From NCBI RefSeq assembly GCF_009914755.1, contig NC_060946.1: a stretch of DNA of 64,000 nucleotides. The stretch is one strand, 5' to 3'. Source of the stretch: the human T2T-CHM13v2.0 reference genome, Homo sapiens. The notes beneath the pieces were generated by a model. It worked only from the letters and a program-made list of their open reading frames with translations, did no database searches and was not told the DNA's origin. How positions within the stretch are numbered: position 1 is the first letter of the stretch; each line of letters starts with the position of its first letter. A program made the position numbers and the translations under genes. This document shows positions 14,201 through 28,500 of this stretch, in pieces.

Positions 14201-17200
14201 TGAGAATGCTTCTGTCGAGATTTTCTATGAAGATATTCCCGTTTCCAACGAAATCCTGAAATCTATCCAAATATCCCCTCGCAGATTCTACAAAAAGAGT
14301 GTTTCAAAACTGCTCTGTAAAAAGAAAGGTTCAACTCTGTTAGTTGAGTACACACATCACAAACAAGTTTCACAGAATGCTTCTTTCTAGCTTGTAGGGG
14401 AAGATATTCCCTTTATCACCATGGGCCTCAAACCGTCCGAAACGTCTACTTCCATATACTACAAAAAGAGCGTTTCAAACCTGCTCTATGAAAAGCAATG
14501 TTCAACTCTGTGACTTGAATGCAGACATCACAGAGCAGTTTCTGAGAATGCTTCTGTCTAGATTTTATAGGAAGATATTCCCGTTTCCAACGAAATCTTC
14601 ACAGCTATCCAAATTTCCACTTGCAGATTCTACAAAAAGAGTGTATCAAAACTGCTCTGTCAAAAGGAAGGTTCTTCTCTGTTAGTTGAGTACATACTTC
14701 ATAAAGGAGTTTCTGAGAATGTTTCTGTCTAGTCGTTATGGGAAGATATTTGCTTTTTCACCGTAGGCCTCAGAGCGCTCCAAATATCCCCTTGCACATA
14801 CTACAAAAAGAGTGCTTCAGAGCTGCTCTCTGAAAGGGAATGTTCAACTCTATGAGTTGAATGCAAACATCACAAAGACGTTTCTGAGAATGCTTCTCTC
14901 TAGATTTGATATGAAGATATTCCCGTTTCCAACGAAATCTTCAAATCTATCCAAATGTCCACTTGCAGATTCAACAAAAAGTGTTTTTCAGAACTGCTCA
15001 ATCAAAAGAAAGATCCACCTGTGTTAGCCGAGTTCACACATCACAAACAAGTTTATGAGAATGCTTCTGTCTAGTTTTTATTTGAAGATATTTCCTTTCT
15101 CACCATAGACCTGAAAGCTGTCCTAATGTTCACTTCCAGATACTACAGAAAGAGTGTTTCAAAACTGCTGTACGAAAGGGAATGTTCAACTCTGTGACTT
15201 GAATGCACACATCACAAAGAAGTTTCTGAGGATGCTGCTGTCTACTTTTTATACGTAATCCCGTTTCCAACGAAAGCCTCAAAGCTATCCAAATATCCAC
15301 TTGCAGATTCCACAGAAAGACTGTTTCAAAACTGCTCTGTCAATAGAAAGGTTCAACTCTGTTAGCTGCGTGCATATATCCCAAAGAAGATTCTGAGATT
15401 GCTTCTGTCTAGTTTTTATGGGAAGATATTTCCCTTTTCACCGTAGGTGTCAAGGCGCTCCAAATGTCCACTTCCAGATACTACAAAAAGAGTGTTTCAA
15501 ACCTACTCTGTGAAAGGGAATATTCAACTCTGTGACTTGAATGCAGATATCACAAAGAAGTTTCTGAGAATGCTTCTGTCGAGATTTTATATGAAGATAT
15601 TCCCGTTTCCAACGAAATCCTGAAATCTATCCAAATATCCCCTCGCAGATTCTACAAAAAGAGTGTTTCAAAACTGCTCTGTAAAAAGAAAGGTTCAACT
15701 CTGTTAGTTGAGTACACACATCACAAACAAGTTTCACAGAATGCTTCTTTCTAGCTTGTAGGGGAAGATATTCCCTTTATCACCATGGGCCTCAAACCGT
15801 CCGAAACGTCTACTTCCATATACTACAAAAAGAGCGTTTCAAACCTACTCTATGAAAGGCAATGTTCAACTCTGTGACTTGAATGCAGACATCACAGAGC
15901 AGTTTCTGAGAATGCTTCTGTCTGGATTTTATAGGAAGATATTCCCGTTTCCAACGAAATCTTCACAGCTATCCAAATATCCACTTGCAGATTCTACAAA
16001 AAGAGTGTATCAAAACTGCTCTGTCAAAAGGAAGGTTCTTCTCTGTTAGTTGAGTACATACGTCATAAAGGAGTTTCTGAGAATGTTTCTGTCTAGTGGT
16101 TATGGGAAGATATTTGCTTTTTCACCTTAGGCCTCAGAGCGCTCCAAATATCCCCTTGCACATACTACAAAAAGAGTGCTTCAAAGCTGCTCTCTGAAAG
16201 GGAATGTTCAACTCTATGAGTTGAATGCAAACATCACAAAGACGTTTCTGAGAATGCTTCTGTCTAGATTTGATATGAAGATATTCCCGTTTCCCACGAA
16301 ATCTTCATATCTATCCAAATGTCCACTTGCAGATTCAACAAAAAGTGTTTTTCAGAACTGCTCTATCAAAAGAAAGATCCACCTCTGTTAGCTGAGTTCA
16401 CACATCACAAACAAGTTTATGAGAATGCTTCTGTCTAGTTTTTATTTGAAGATATTTCCTTTCTCATCATAGACCTGAAAGCTGTCCTATTGTTCACTTC
16501 AGATACTACAGAAAGAGTGTTTCAAAACTGCTGTACGAAAGGGAATGTTCAACTCTGTGACTTGAATGCACACATCACAAAGAAGTTTCTGAGGATGCTG
16601 CTGTCTACTTTTTATACGTAATCCCGTTTCCAACGAAATCCTCCAAGCTATCCAAATATCCACTTGCAGATTCCACAGAAAGACTGTTTCAAAACTGCTC
16701 TGTCAATAGAAAGGTTCAACTCTGTTAGCTGCGTGCATATATCCCAAAGAAGATTCTGAGATTGCTTCTGTCTACTTTTTATGAGAAGATATTTCCCTTT
16801 TCACCGTAGGCGTCAAGGCGCTCCAAATGTCCACTTCCAGATACTAGAAAAAGAGTGTTTCAAACCTACTCTGTGAAAGGGAATATTCAACTCTGTGACT
16901 TGAATGCACATATCACAAAGAAGCTTCTGAGAATGCTTCTGTCGAGATTTTATATAAAGATATTCCGGTTTCCAACAAAATCCTGAAATCTATCCAAATA
17001 TCCCCTCGCAGATTCTACAAAAAGAGTGTTTCAAAACTGCTCTGTAAAAAGAAAGGTTCAACTCTGTTAGTTGAGTACACACATCACAAACAAGTTTCAC
17101 AGAATGCTTCTTTCTAGCTTGTAGGGGAAGATATTCCCATTATCACCATGGGCCTCATACCATCCGAAACGTCCACTTCCATATACTACAAAAAGAGCGT

Positions 17201-20200
17201 TTCAAACCTGCTCTAGGAAAGGCAATGTTCAACTCTGTGACTTGAATGCAGACATCACAGAGTAGTTTCTGAGAATGCTTCTGTCTAGATTTTATAGGAA
17301 GATATTCCCGTTTCCAACGAAATCTTCACAGCTATCCAAATATCCACTTGCAGATTCTACAAAAAGAGTGTATCAAAACTGCTCTGTCAAAAGGAAGGTT
17401 CTTCTCTGTTAGGTGAGTGCATACGTCATAAAGGAGTTTCTGAGAATGTTTCTGTCTAGTGGTTATGGGAAGATATTTGCTTTTTCACCGTAGGCCTCAG
17501 AGCGCTCCAAATATCCCCTTGCACATACTACAAAAAGAGTGCTTCAAAGCTGCTCTCTGAAAGGGAATGTTCAACTCTAAGAGTTGAATGCAAACATCAC
17601 AAAGACGTTTCTGAGAATGCTTCTGTCTAGATTTGATATGAAGATATTCCCGTTTCCAACGAAATCTTCATATCTATCCAAATGTCCACTTGCAGATTCA
17701 ACAAAAAGTGTTTTTCAAAACTGCTGTATCAAAAGAAAGATCCACGTGTGTTAGCTGAGTTCACACATCACAAACAAGTTTATGAGAATGCTTCTGTCTA
17801 GTTTTTATTTGAAGATATTTCCTTTCTCATCATAGACCTGAAAGCTGTCCTATTGTTCACTTCAGATACTACAGAAAGAGTGTTTCAAAACTGCTGTACG
17901 AAAGGGAATGTTCAACTCTGTGACTTGAATGCACACATCACAAAGAAGTTTCTGAGGATGCTGCTGTCTACTTTTTATACGTAATCCCGTTTCCAACGAA
18001 ATCCTCCAAGCTATCCAAATATCCACTTCCAGATTCCACAGAAAGACTGTTTCAAAACTGCTCTGTCAATAGAAAGGTTCAACTCTGTTAGCTGCGTGCA
18101 TATATCCCAAAGAAGATTCTGAGATTGCTTCTGTCTACTTTTTATGAGAAGATATTTCCCTTTTCACCGTAGGTGTCAAGGCGCTCCAAATGTCCACTTC
18201 CAGATACTACAAAAAGAGTGTTTCAAACCTACTCTGTGAAAGGGAATATTCAACTCTGTGACTTGAATGCACATATCACAAAGAAGCTTCTGAGAATGCT
18301 TCTGTCGAGATTTTATATAAAGATATTCCGGTTTCCAACAAAATCCTGAAATCTATCCAAATATCCCCTCGCAGATTCTACAAAAAGAGTGTTTCAAAAC
18401 TGCTCTGTAAAAAGAAAGGTTCAACTCTGTTAGTTGAGTACACACATCACAAACAAGTTTCACAGAATGCTTCTTTCTAGCTTGTAGGGGAAGATATTCC
18501 CATTATCACCATGGGCCTCATACCATCCGAAACGTCCACTTCCATATACTACAAAAAGAGCGTTTCAAACCTGCTCTAGGAAAGGCAATGTTCAACTCTG
18601 TGACTTGAATGCAGACATCACAGAGTAGTTTCTGAGAATGCTTCTGTCTAGATTTTATAGGAAGATATTCCCGTTTCCAACGAAATCTTCACAGCTATCC
18701 AAATATCCACTTGCAGATTCTACAAAAAGAGTGTATCAAAACTGCTCTGTCAAAAGGAAGGTTCTTCTCTGTTAGGTGAGTGCATACGTCATAAAGGAGT
18801 TTCTGAGAATGTTTCTGTCTAGTGGTTATGGGAAGATATTTGCTTTTTCACCGTAGGCCTCAGAGCGCTCCAAATATCCCCTTGCACATACTACAAAAAG
18901 AGTGCTTCAAAGCTGCTCTCTGAAAGGGAATGTTCAACTCTAAGAGTTGAATGCAAACATCACAAAGACGTTTCTGAGAATGCTTCTGTCTAGATTTGAT
19001 ATGAAGATATTCCCGTTTCCAACGAAATCTTCATATCTATCCAAATGTCCACTTGCAGATTCAACAAAAAGTGTTTTTCAAAACTGCTGTATCAAAAGAA
19101 AGATCCACGTGTGTTAGCTGAGTTCACACATCACAAACAAGTTTATGAGAATGCTTCTGTCTAGTTTTTATTTGAAGATATTTCCTTTCTCATCATAGAC
19201 CTGAAAGCTGTCCTATTGTTCACTTCAGATACTACAGAGAGAGTGTTTCAAAACTGCTGTACGAAAGGGAATGTTCAACTCTGTGACTTGAATGCACACA
19301 TCACAAAGAAGTTTCTGAGGATGCTGCTGTCTACTTTTTATACGTAATCCCGTTTCCAACGAAATCCTCCAAGCTATCCAAATATCCACTTCCAGATTCC
19401 ACAGAAAGACTGTTTCAAAACTGCTCTGTCAATAGAAAGGTTCAACTCTGTTAGCTGCGTGCATATATCCCAAAGAAGATTCTGAGATTGCTTCTGTCTA
19501 CTTTTTATGAGAAGATATTTCCCTTTTCACCGTAGGTGTCAAGGCGCTCCAAATGTCCACTTCCAGATACTAGAAAAAGAGTGTTTCAAACCTACTCTGT
19601 GAAAGGGAATATTCAACTCTGTGACTTGAATGCACATATCACAAAGAAGCTTCTGAGAATGCTTCTGTCGAGATTTTATATAAAGATATTCCGGTTTCCA
19701 ACAAAATCCTGAAATCTATCCAAATATCCCCTCGCAGATTCTACAAAAAGAGTGTTTCAAAACTGCTCTGTAAAAAGAAAGGTTCAACTCTGTTAGTTGA
19801 GTACACACATCACAAACAAGTTTCACAGAATGCTTCTTTCTAGCTTGTAGGGGAAGATATTCCCTTTATCACCATGGGCCTCAAACCGTCCGAAACGTCC
19901 ACTTCCATATACTACAAAAAGAGCGTTTCAAACCTGCTCTAGGAAAGGCAATGTTCAACTCTGTGACTTGAATGCAGACATCACAGAGTAGTTTCTGAGA
20001 ATGCTTCTGTCTAGATTTTATAGGAAGATATTCCCGTTTCCAACGAAATCTTCACAGCTATCCAAATATCCACTTGCAGATTCTACAAAAAGAGTGTATC
20101 AAAACTGCTCTGTCAAAAGGAAGGTTCTTCTCTGTTAGGTGAGTGCATACGTCATAAAGGAGTTTCTGAGAATGTTTCTGTCTAGTGGTTATGGGAAGAT

Positions 20201-22600
20201 ATTTGCTTTTTCACCGTAGGCCTCAGAGCGCTCCAAATATCCACTTGCACATACTACAAAAAGAGTGCTTCAAAGCTGCTCTCTGAAAGTGAATGTTCAA
20301 CTCTATGAGTTGAATGCAAACATCACAAAGACGTTTCTGAGAATGCTTCTGTCTAGATTTGATATGAAGATATTCCCGTTTCCAACGACATCTTCAAATC
20401 TTTCCAAATGTCCACTTGCAGATTCAACAAAACGTGTTTTTCAGAACTGCTCTATCAAAAGAAACTTCCACCTCTGTTAGCTGAGTTCACACATAACAAA
20501 CAAGTTCTTGAGAATGCTTCTGTCTAGTTTTTATTTGAAGATATTTCCTTTCTCACCATAGACCTGAAAGCTGTCCTAATGTTCACTTCCAGATACTACA
20601 GAAAGAGTGTTTCAAAACTGCTCTACGAAAGGGAATGTTCAACTCTGTGACTTGAATGCACACATCACAAAGAAGTTTCTGAGGATGCTGCTGTCTACTT
20701 TTTATACGTAATCCCGTTTCCAACGAAATCCTCCAAGCTATCCAAATATCCACTTGCAGATTCCACAGAAAGACTGTTTCAAAACTGCTCTGTCAATAGA
20801 AAGGTTCAACTCTGTTAGCTGCGTGCATATATCCCAAAGAAGATTCTGAGATTGCTTCTGTCTACTTTTTATGAGAAGATATTTCCCTTTTCACCGTAGG
20901 CGTCAAGGCGCTCCAAATGTCCACTTCCAGATACTACAAAAAGAGTGTTTCAAACCTACTCTGTGAAAGGGAATATTCAACTCTGTGACTTGAATGCACA
21001 TATCACAAAGAAGCTTCTGAGAATGCTTCTGTCGAGATTTTCTATGAAGATGTTCCCGTTTCCAACGAAATCCTGAAATCTATCCAAATATCCCCTCGCA
21101 GATTCTACAAAAAGAGTGTTTCAAAACTGCTCTGTAAAAAGAAAGGTTCAACTCTGTTAGTTGAGTACACACATCACAAACAAGTTTCACAGAATGCTTC
21201 TTTCTAGCTTGTAGGGGAAGATATTCCCTTTATCACCATGGGCCTCAAACCGTCCGAAACGTCTACTTCCATATACTACAAAAAGAGCGTTTCAAACCTG
21301 CTCTATGAAAAGCAATGTTCAACTCTGTGACTTGAATGCAGACATCACAGAGCAGTTTCTGAGAATGCTTCTGTCTAGATTTTATAGGAAGATATTCCCG
21401 TTTCCAACGAAATCTTCACAGCTATCCAAATATCCACTTGCAGATTCTACAAAAAGAGTGTATCAAAACTGCTCTGTCAAAAGGAAGGTTCTTCTCTGTT
21501 AGTTGAGTACATACGTCATAAAGGAGTTTCTGAGAATGTTTCTGTCTAGTGGTTATGGGAAGATATTTGCTTTTTCACCTTAGGCCTCAGAGCGCTCAAA
21601 ATATCCCCTTGCACATACTACAAAAAGAGTGCTTCAAAGCTGCTCTCTGAAACGGAATGTTCAACTCTATGGGTTGAATGCAAACATCACAAAGACGTTT
21701 CTGAGAATGCTTCTGTCTAGATTTGATATGAAGATATTCCCGTTTCCAAAGAAATCTTCAAATCTATCCAAATGTCCACTTGCAGATTCAACAAAAAGTG
21801 TTTTTCAGAACTGCTCTATCAAAAGAAAGATCCACGTCTCTTAGCTGAGTTCACACATCACAAACAAGTTTATGAGAATGCTTCTGTCTAGTTTTTATTT
21901 GAAGATATTTCCTTTCTCACCATAGACCTGAAAGCTGTCCTAATGTTCACTTCCAGATACTACAGAAAGAGTGTTTCAAAACTGCTGTACGAAAGGGAAT
22001 GTTCAACTCTGTGACTTGAATGCACACATCACAAAGAAGTTTCTGAGGATGCTGCTGTCTACTTTTTATACGTAATCCCGTTTCCAACGAAATCCTCCAA
22101 GCTATCCAAATATCCACTTGCAGATTCCACAGAAAGACTGTTTCAAAACTGCTCTGTCAATAGAAAGGTTCAACTCTGTTAGCTGCGTGCATATATCCCA
22201 AAGAAGATTCTGAGATTGCTTCTGTCTAGTGTTTATGGGAAGATATTTCCCTTTTCACCGTAGGTGTCAAGGCGCTCCAAATGTCCACTTCCAGATACTA
22301 CAAAAAGAGTGTTTCAAACCTACTCTGTGAAAGGGAATATTCAACTCTGTGACTTGAATGCAGATATCACAAAGAAGTTTCTGAGAATGCTTCTGTCGAG
22401 ATTTTATATGAAGATATTCCCGTTTCCAACGAAATCCTGAAATCTATCCAAATATCCCCTCGCAGATTCTACAAAAAGAGTGTTTCAAAACTGCTCTGTA
22501 AAAAGAAAGGTTCAACTCTGTTAGTTGAGTACACACATCACAAACAAGTTTCACAGAATGCTTCTTTCTAGCTTGTAGGGGAAGATATTCCCTTTATCAC
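5267..22600. repeat. 6-HOR (8181 bp) tandem duplication; second copy has one extra HOR
   Basis: Rare variants (acatacttca, cttcagagctg, gcttctctct, cctgtgttagccga, ctggatttta) recur at +8181; later markers recur at +9544. Boundaries approximate. Confidence 0.85.
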
Positions 22601-25529
22601 CATGGGCCTCAAACCTTCCGAAACGTCTACTTCCATATACTACAAAAAGAGCGTTTCAAACCTACTCTATGAAAGGCAATGTTCAACTCTGTGACTTGAA
22701 TGCAGACATCACAGAGCAGTTTCTGAGAATGCTTCTGTCTGGATTTTATAGGAAGATATTCCCGTTTCCAACGAAATCTTCACAGCTATCCAAATATCCA
22801 CTTGCAGATTCTACAAAAAGAGTGTATCAAAACTGCTCTGTCAAAAGGAAGGTTCTTCTCTGTTAGTTGAGTACATACGTCATAAAGGAGTTTCTGAGAA
22901 TGTTTCTGTCTAGTGGTTATGGGAAGATATTTGCTTTTTCACCTTAGGCCTCAGAGCGCTCCAAATATCCCCTTGCACATACTACAAAAAGAGTGCTTCA
23001 AAGCTGCTCTCTGAAAGGGAATGTTCAACTCTATGAGTTGAATGCAAACATCACAAAGACGTTTCTGAGAATGCTTCTGTCTAGATTTGATATGAAGATA
23101 TTCCCGTTTCCAACGAAATCTTCATATCTATCCAAATGTCCACTTGCAGATTCAACAAAAAGTGTTTTTCAAAACTGCTGTATCAAAAGAAAGATCCACC
23201 TCTGTTAGCTGAGTTCACACATCACAAACAAGTTTATGAGAATGCTTCTGTCTAGTTTTTATTTGAAGATATTTCCTTTCTCATCATAGACCTGAAAGCT
23301 GTCCTATTGTTCACTTCAGATACTACAGAAAGAGTGTTTCAAAACTGCTGTACGAAAGGGAATGTTCAACTCTGTGACTTGAATGCACACATCACAAAGA
23401 AGTTTCTGAGGATGCTGCTGTCTACTTTTTATACGTAATCCCGTTTCCAACGAAATCCTCCAAGCTATCCAAATATCCACTTGCAGATTCCACAGAAAGA
23501 CTGTTTCAAAACTGCTCTGTCAATAGAAAGGTTCAACTCTGTTAGCTGCGTGCATATATCCCAAAGAAGATTCTGAGATTGCTTCTGTCTACTTTTTATG
23601 AGAAGATATTTCCCTTTTCACCGTAGGCGTCAAGGCGCTCCAAATGTCCACTTCCAGATACTAGAAAAAGAGTGTTTCAAACCTACTCTGTGAAAGGGAA
23701 TATTCAACTCTGTGACTTGAATGCACATATCACAAAGAAGCTTCTGAGAATGCTTCTGTCGAGATTTTATATAAAGATATTCCGGTTTCCAACAAAATCC
23801 TGAAATCTATCCAAATATCCCCTCGCAGATTCTACAAAAAGAGTGTTTCAAAACTGCTCTGTAAAAAGAAAGGTTCAACTCTGTTAGTTGAGTACACACA
23901 TCACAAACAAGTTTCACAGAATGCTTCTTTCTAGCTTGTAGGGGAAGATATTCCCTTTATCACCATGGGCCTCAAACCGTCCGAAACGTCCACTTCCATA
24001 TACTACAAAAAGAGCGTTTCAAACCTGCTCTAGGAAAGGCAATGTTCAACTCTGTGACTTGAATGCAGACATCACAGAGTAGTTTCTGAGAATGCTTCTG
24101 TCTAGATTTTATAGGAAGATATTCCCGTTTCCAACGAAATCTTCACAGCTATCCAAATATCCACTTGCAGATTCTACAAAAAGAGTGTATCAAAACTGCT
24201 CTGTCAAAAGGAAGGTTCTTCTCTGTTAGGTGAGTGCATACGTCATAAAGGAGTTTCTGAGAATGTTTCTGTCTAGTGGTTATGGGAAGATATTTGCTTT
24301 TTCACCGTAGGCCTCAGAGCGCTCCAAATATCCCCTTGCACATACTACAAAAAGAGTGCTTCAAAGCTGCTCTCTGAAAGGGAATGTTCAACTCTAAGAG
24401 TTGAATGCAAACATCACAAAGACGTTTCTGAGAATGCTTCTGTCTAGATTTGATATGAAGATATTCCCGTTTCCAACGAAATCTTCATATCTATCCAAAT
24501 GTCCACTTGCAGATTCAACAAAAAGTGTTTTTCAAAACTGCTGTATCAAAAGAAAGATCCACGTGTGTTAGCTGAGTTCACACATCACAAACAAGTTTAT
24601 GAGAATGCTTCTGTCTAGTTTTTATTTGAAGATATTTCCTTTCTCATCATAGACCTGAAAGCTGTCCTATTGTTCACTTCAGATACTACAGAAAGAGTGT
24701 TTCAAAACTGCTGTACGAAAGGGAATGTTCAACTCTGTGACTTGAATGCACACATCACAAAGAAGTTTCTGAGGATGCTGCTGTCTACTTTTTATACGTA
24801 ATCCCGTTTCCAACGAAATCCTCCAAGCTATCCAAATATCCACTTCCAGATTCCACAGAAAGACTGTTTCAAAACTGCTCTGTCAATAGAAAGGTTCAAC
24901 TCTGTTAGCTGCGTGCATATATCCCAAAGAAGATTCTGAGATTGCTTCTGTCTACTTTTTATGAGAAGATATTTCCCTTTTCACCGTAGGTGTCAAGGCG
25001 CTCCAAATGTCCACTTCCAGATACTAGAAAAAGAGTGTTTCAAACCTACTCTGTGAAAGGGAATATTCAACTCTGTGACTTGAATGCACATATCACAAAG
25101 AAGCTTCTGAGAATGCTTCTGTCGAGATTTTATATAAAGATATTCCGGTTTCCAACAAAATCCTGAAATCTATCCAAATATCCCCTCGCAGATTCTACAA
25201 AAAGAGTGTTTCAAAACTGCTCTGTAAAAAGAAAGGTTCAACTCTGTTAGTTGAGTACACACATCACAAACAAGTTTCACAGAATGCTTCTTTCTAGCTT
25301 GTAGGGGAAGATATTCCCTTTATCACCATGGGCCTCAAACCGTCCGAAACGTCCACTTCCATATACTACAAAAAGAGCGTTTCAAACCTGCTCTAGGAAA
25401 GGCAATGTTCAACTCTGTGACTTGAATGCAGACATCACAGAGTAGTTTCTGAGAATGCTTCTGTCTAGATTTTATAGGAAGATATTCCCGTTTCCAACGA
25501 AATCTTCACAGCTATCCAAATATCCACTT

Positions 25530-28500
25530 GCAGATTCTACAAAAAGAGTGTATCAAAACTGCTCTGTCAAAAGGAAGGTTCTTCTCTGTTAGGTGAGTGC
25601 ATACGTCATAAAGGAGTTTCTGAGAATGTTTCTGTCTAGTGGTTATGGGAAGATATTTGCTTTTTCACCGTAGGCCTCAGAGCGCTCCAAATATCCACTT
25701 GCACATACTACAAAAAGAGTGCTTCAAAGCTGCTCTCTGAAAGTGAATGTTCAACTCTATGAGTTGAATGCAAACATCACAAAGACGTTTCTGAGAATGC
25801 TTCTGTCTAGATTTGATATGAAGATATTCCCGTTTCCAACGACATCTTCAAATCTATCCAAATGTCCACTTGCAGATTCAACAAAACGTGTTTTTCAGAA
25901 CTGCTCTATCAAAAGAAACATCCACCTCTGTTAGCTGAGTTCACACATAACAAACAAGTTCTTGAGAATGCTTCTGTCTAGTTTTTATTTGAAGATATTT
26001 CCTTTCTCACCATAGACCTGAAAGCTGTCCTAATGTTCACTTCCAGATACTACAGAAAGAGTGTTTCAAAACTGCTCTACGAAAGGGAATGTTCAACTCT
26101 GTGACTTGAATGCACACATCACAAAGAAGTTTCTGAGGATGCTGCTGTCTAATTTTTATACGTAATCCCGTTTCCAACGAAATCCTCCAAGCTATCCAAA
26201 TATCCACTTGCAGATTCCACAGAAAGACTGTTTCAAAACTGCTCTGTCAATAGAAAGGTTCAACTCTGTTAGCTGCGTGCATATATCCCAAAGAAGATTC
26301 TGAGATTGCTTCTGTCTACTTTTTATGAGAAGATATTTCCCTTTTCACCGTAGGCGTCAAGGCGCTCCAAATGTCCACTTCCAGATACTACAAAAAGAGT
26401 GTTTCAAACCTACTCTGTGAAAGGGAATATTCAACTCTGTGACTTGAATGCACATATCACAAAGAAGCTTCTGAGAATGCTTCTGTCGAGATTTTCTATG
26501 AAGATGTTCCCGTTTCCAACGAAATCCTGAAATCTATCCAAATATCCCCTCGCAGATTCTACAAAAAGAGTGTTTCAAAACTGCTCTGTAAAAAGAAAGG
26601 TTCAACTCTGTTAGTTGAGTACACACATCACAAACAAGTTTCACAGAATGCTTCTTTCTAGCTTGTAGGGGAAGATATTCCCTTTATCACCATGGGCCTC
26701 AAACCGTCCGAAACGTCTACTTCCATATACTACAAAAAGAGCGTTTCAAACCTGCTCTATGAAAAGCAATGTTCAACTCTGTGACTTGAATGCAGACATC
26801 ACAGAGCAGTTTCTGAGAATGCTTCTGTCTAGATTTTATAGGAAGATATTCCCGTTTCCAACGAAATCTTCACAGCTATCCAAATATCCACTTGCAGATT
26901 CTACAAAAAGAGTGTATCAAAACTGCTCTGTCAAAAGGAAGGTTCTTCTCTGTTAGTTGAGTACATACGTCATAAAGGAGTTTCTGAGAATGTTTCTGTC
27001 TAGTGGTTATGGGAAGATATTTGCTTTTTCACCTTAGGCCTCAGAGCGCTCAAAATATCCCCTTGCACATACTACAAAAAGAGTGCTTCAAAGCTGCTCT
27101 CTGAAACGGAATGTTCAACTCTATGGGTTGAATGCAAACATCACAAAGACGTTTCTGAGAATGCTTCTGTCTAGATTTGATATGAAGATATTCCCGTTTC
27201 CAAAGAAATCTTCAAATCTATCCAAATGTCCACTTGCAGATTCAACAAAAAGTGTTTTTCAGAACTGCTCTATCAAAAGAAAGATCCACGTCTGTTAGCT
27301 GAGTTCACACATCACAAACAAGTTTATGAGAATGCTTCTGTCTAGTTTTTATTTGAAGATATTTCCTTTCTCACCATAGACCTGAAAGCTGTCCTAATGT
27401 TCACTTCCAGATACTACAGAAAGAGTGTTTCAAAACTGCTGTACGAAAGGGAATGTTCAACTCTGTGACTTGAATGCACACATCACAAAGAAGTTTCTGA
27501 GGATGCTGCTGTCTACTTTTTATACGTAATCCCGTTTCCAACGAAATCCTCCAAGCTATCCAAATATCCACTTGCAGATTCCACAGAAAGACTGTTTCAA
27601 AACTGCTCTGTCAATAGAAAGGTTCAACTCTGTTAGCTGCGTACATATATCCCAAAGAAGATTCTGAGATTGCTTCTGTCTACTTTTTATGAGAAGATAT
27701 TTCCCTTTTCACCGTAGGCGTCAAGGTGCTCCAAATGTCCACTTCCAGATACTACAAAAAGAGTGTTTCAAACCTACTCTGTGAAAGGGAATATTCAACT
27801 CTGTGACTTGAATGCACATATCACAAAGAAGCTTCTGAGAATGCTTCTGTCGAGATTTTATATGAAGATATTCCCGTTTCCAACGAAATCCTGAAATCTA
27901 TCCAAATATCCCCTCACAGATTCTACAAAAAGAGTGTTTCAAAACTGCTCTGTAAAAAGAAAGGTTCAACTCTGTTAGTTGAGTACACACATCACAAACA
28001 AGTTTCACAGAATGCTTCTTTCTAGCTTGTAAGGGAAGATATTCCCTTTATCACCATGGGCCTCAAACTGTCCGAAACGTCCACTTCCATATACTACAAA
28101 AAGAGCGTTTCAAACCTGCTCTAGGAAAGGCAATGTTCAACTCTGTGACTTGAATGCAGACATCACAGAGCAGTTTCTGAGAATGCTTCTGTCTAGATTT
28201 TATAAGAAGATATTCCCGTTTCCAACGAAATCTTCACAGCTATCCAAATATCCACTTGCAGATTCTACAAAAAGAGTGTATCAAAACTGCTCAGTCAAAA
28301 GGAAGGTTCTTCTCTGTTAGGTGAGTGCATACGTCATAAAGGAGTTTCTGAGAATGTTTCTGTCTAGTGGTTATGGGAAGATATTTGCTTTTTCACCGTA
28401 GGCCTCAGAGCGCTCAAAATATCCACTTGCACATACTACAAAAAGAGTGCCTCAAAGCTGCCCTCTGAAACGGAATGTTCAACTCTTTGAGTTGAATGCC

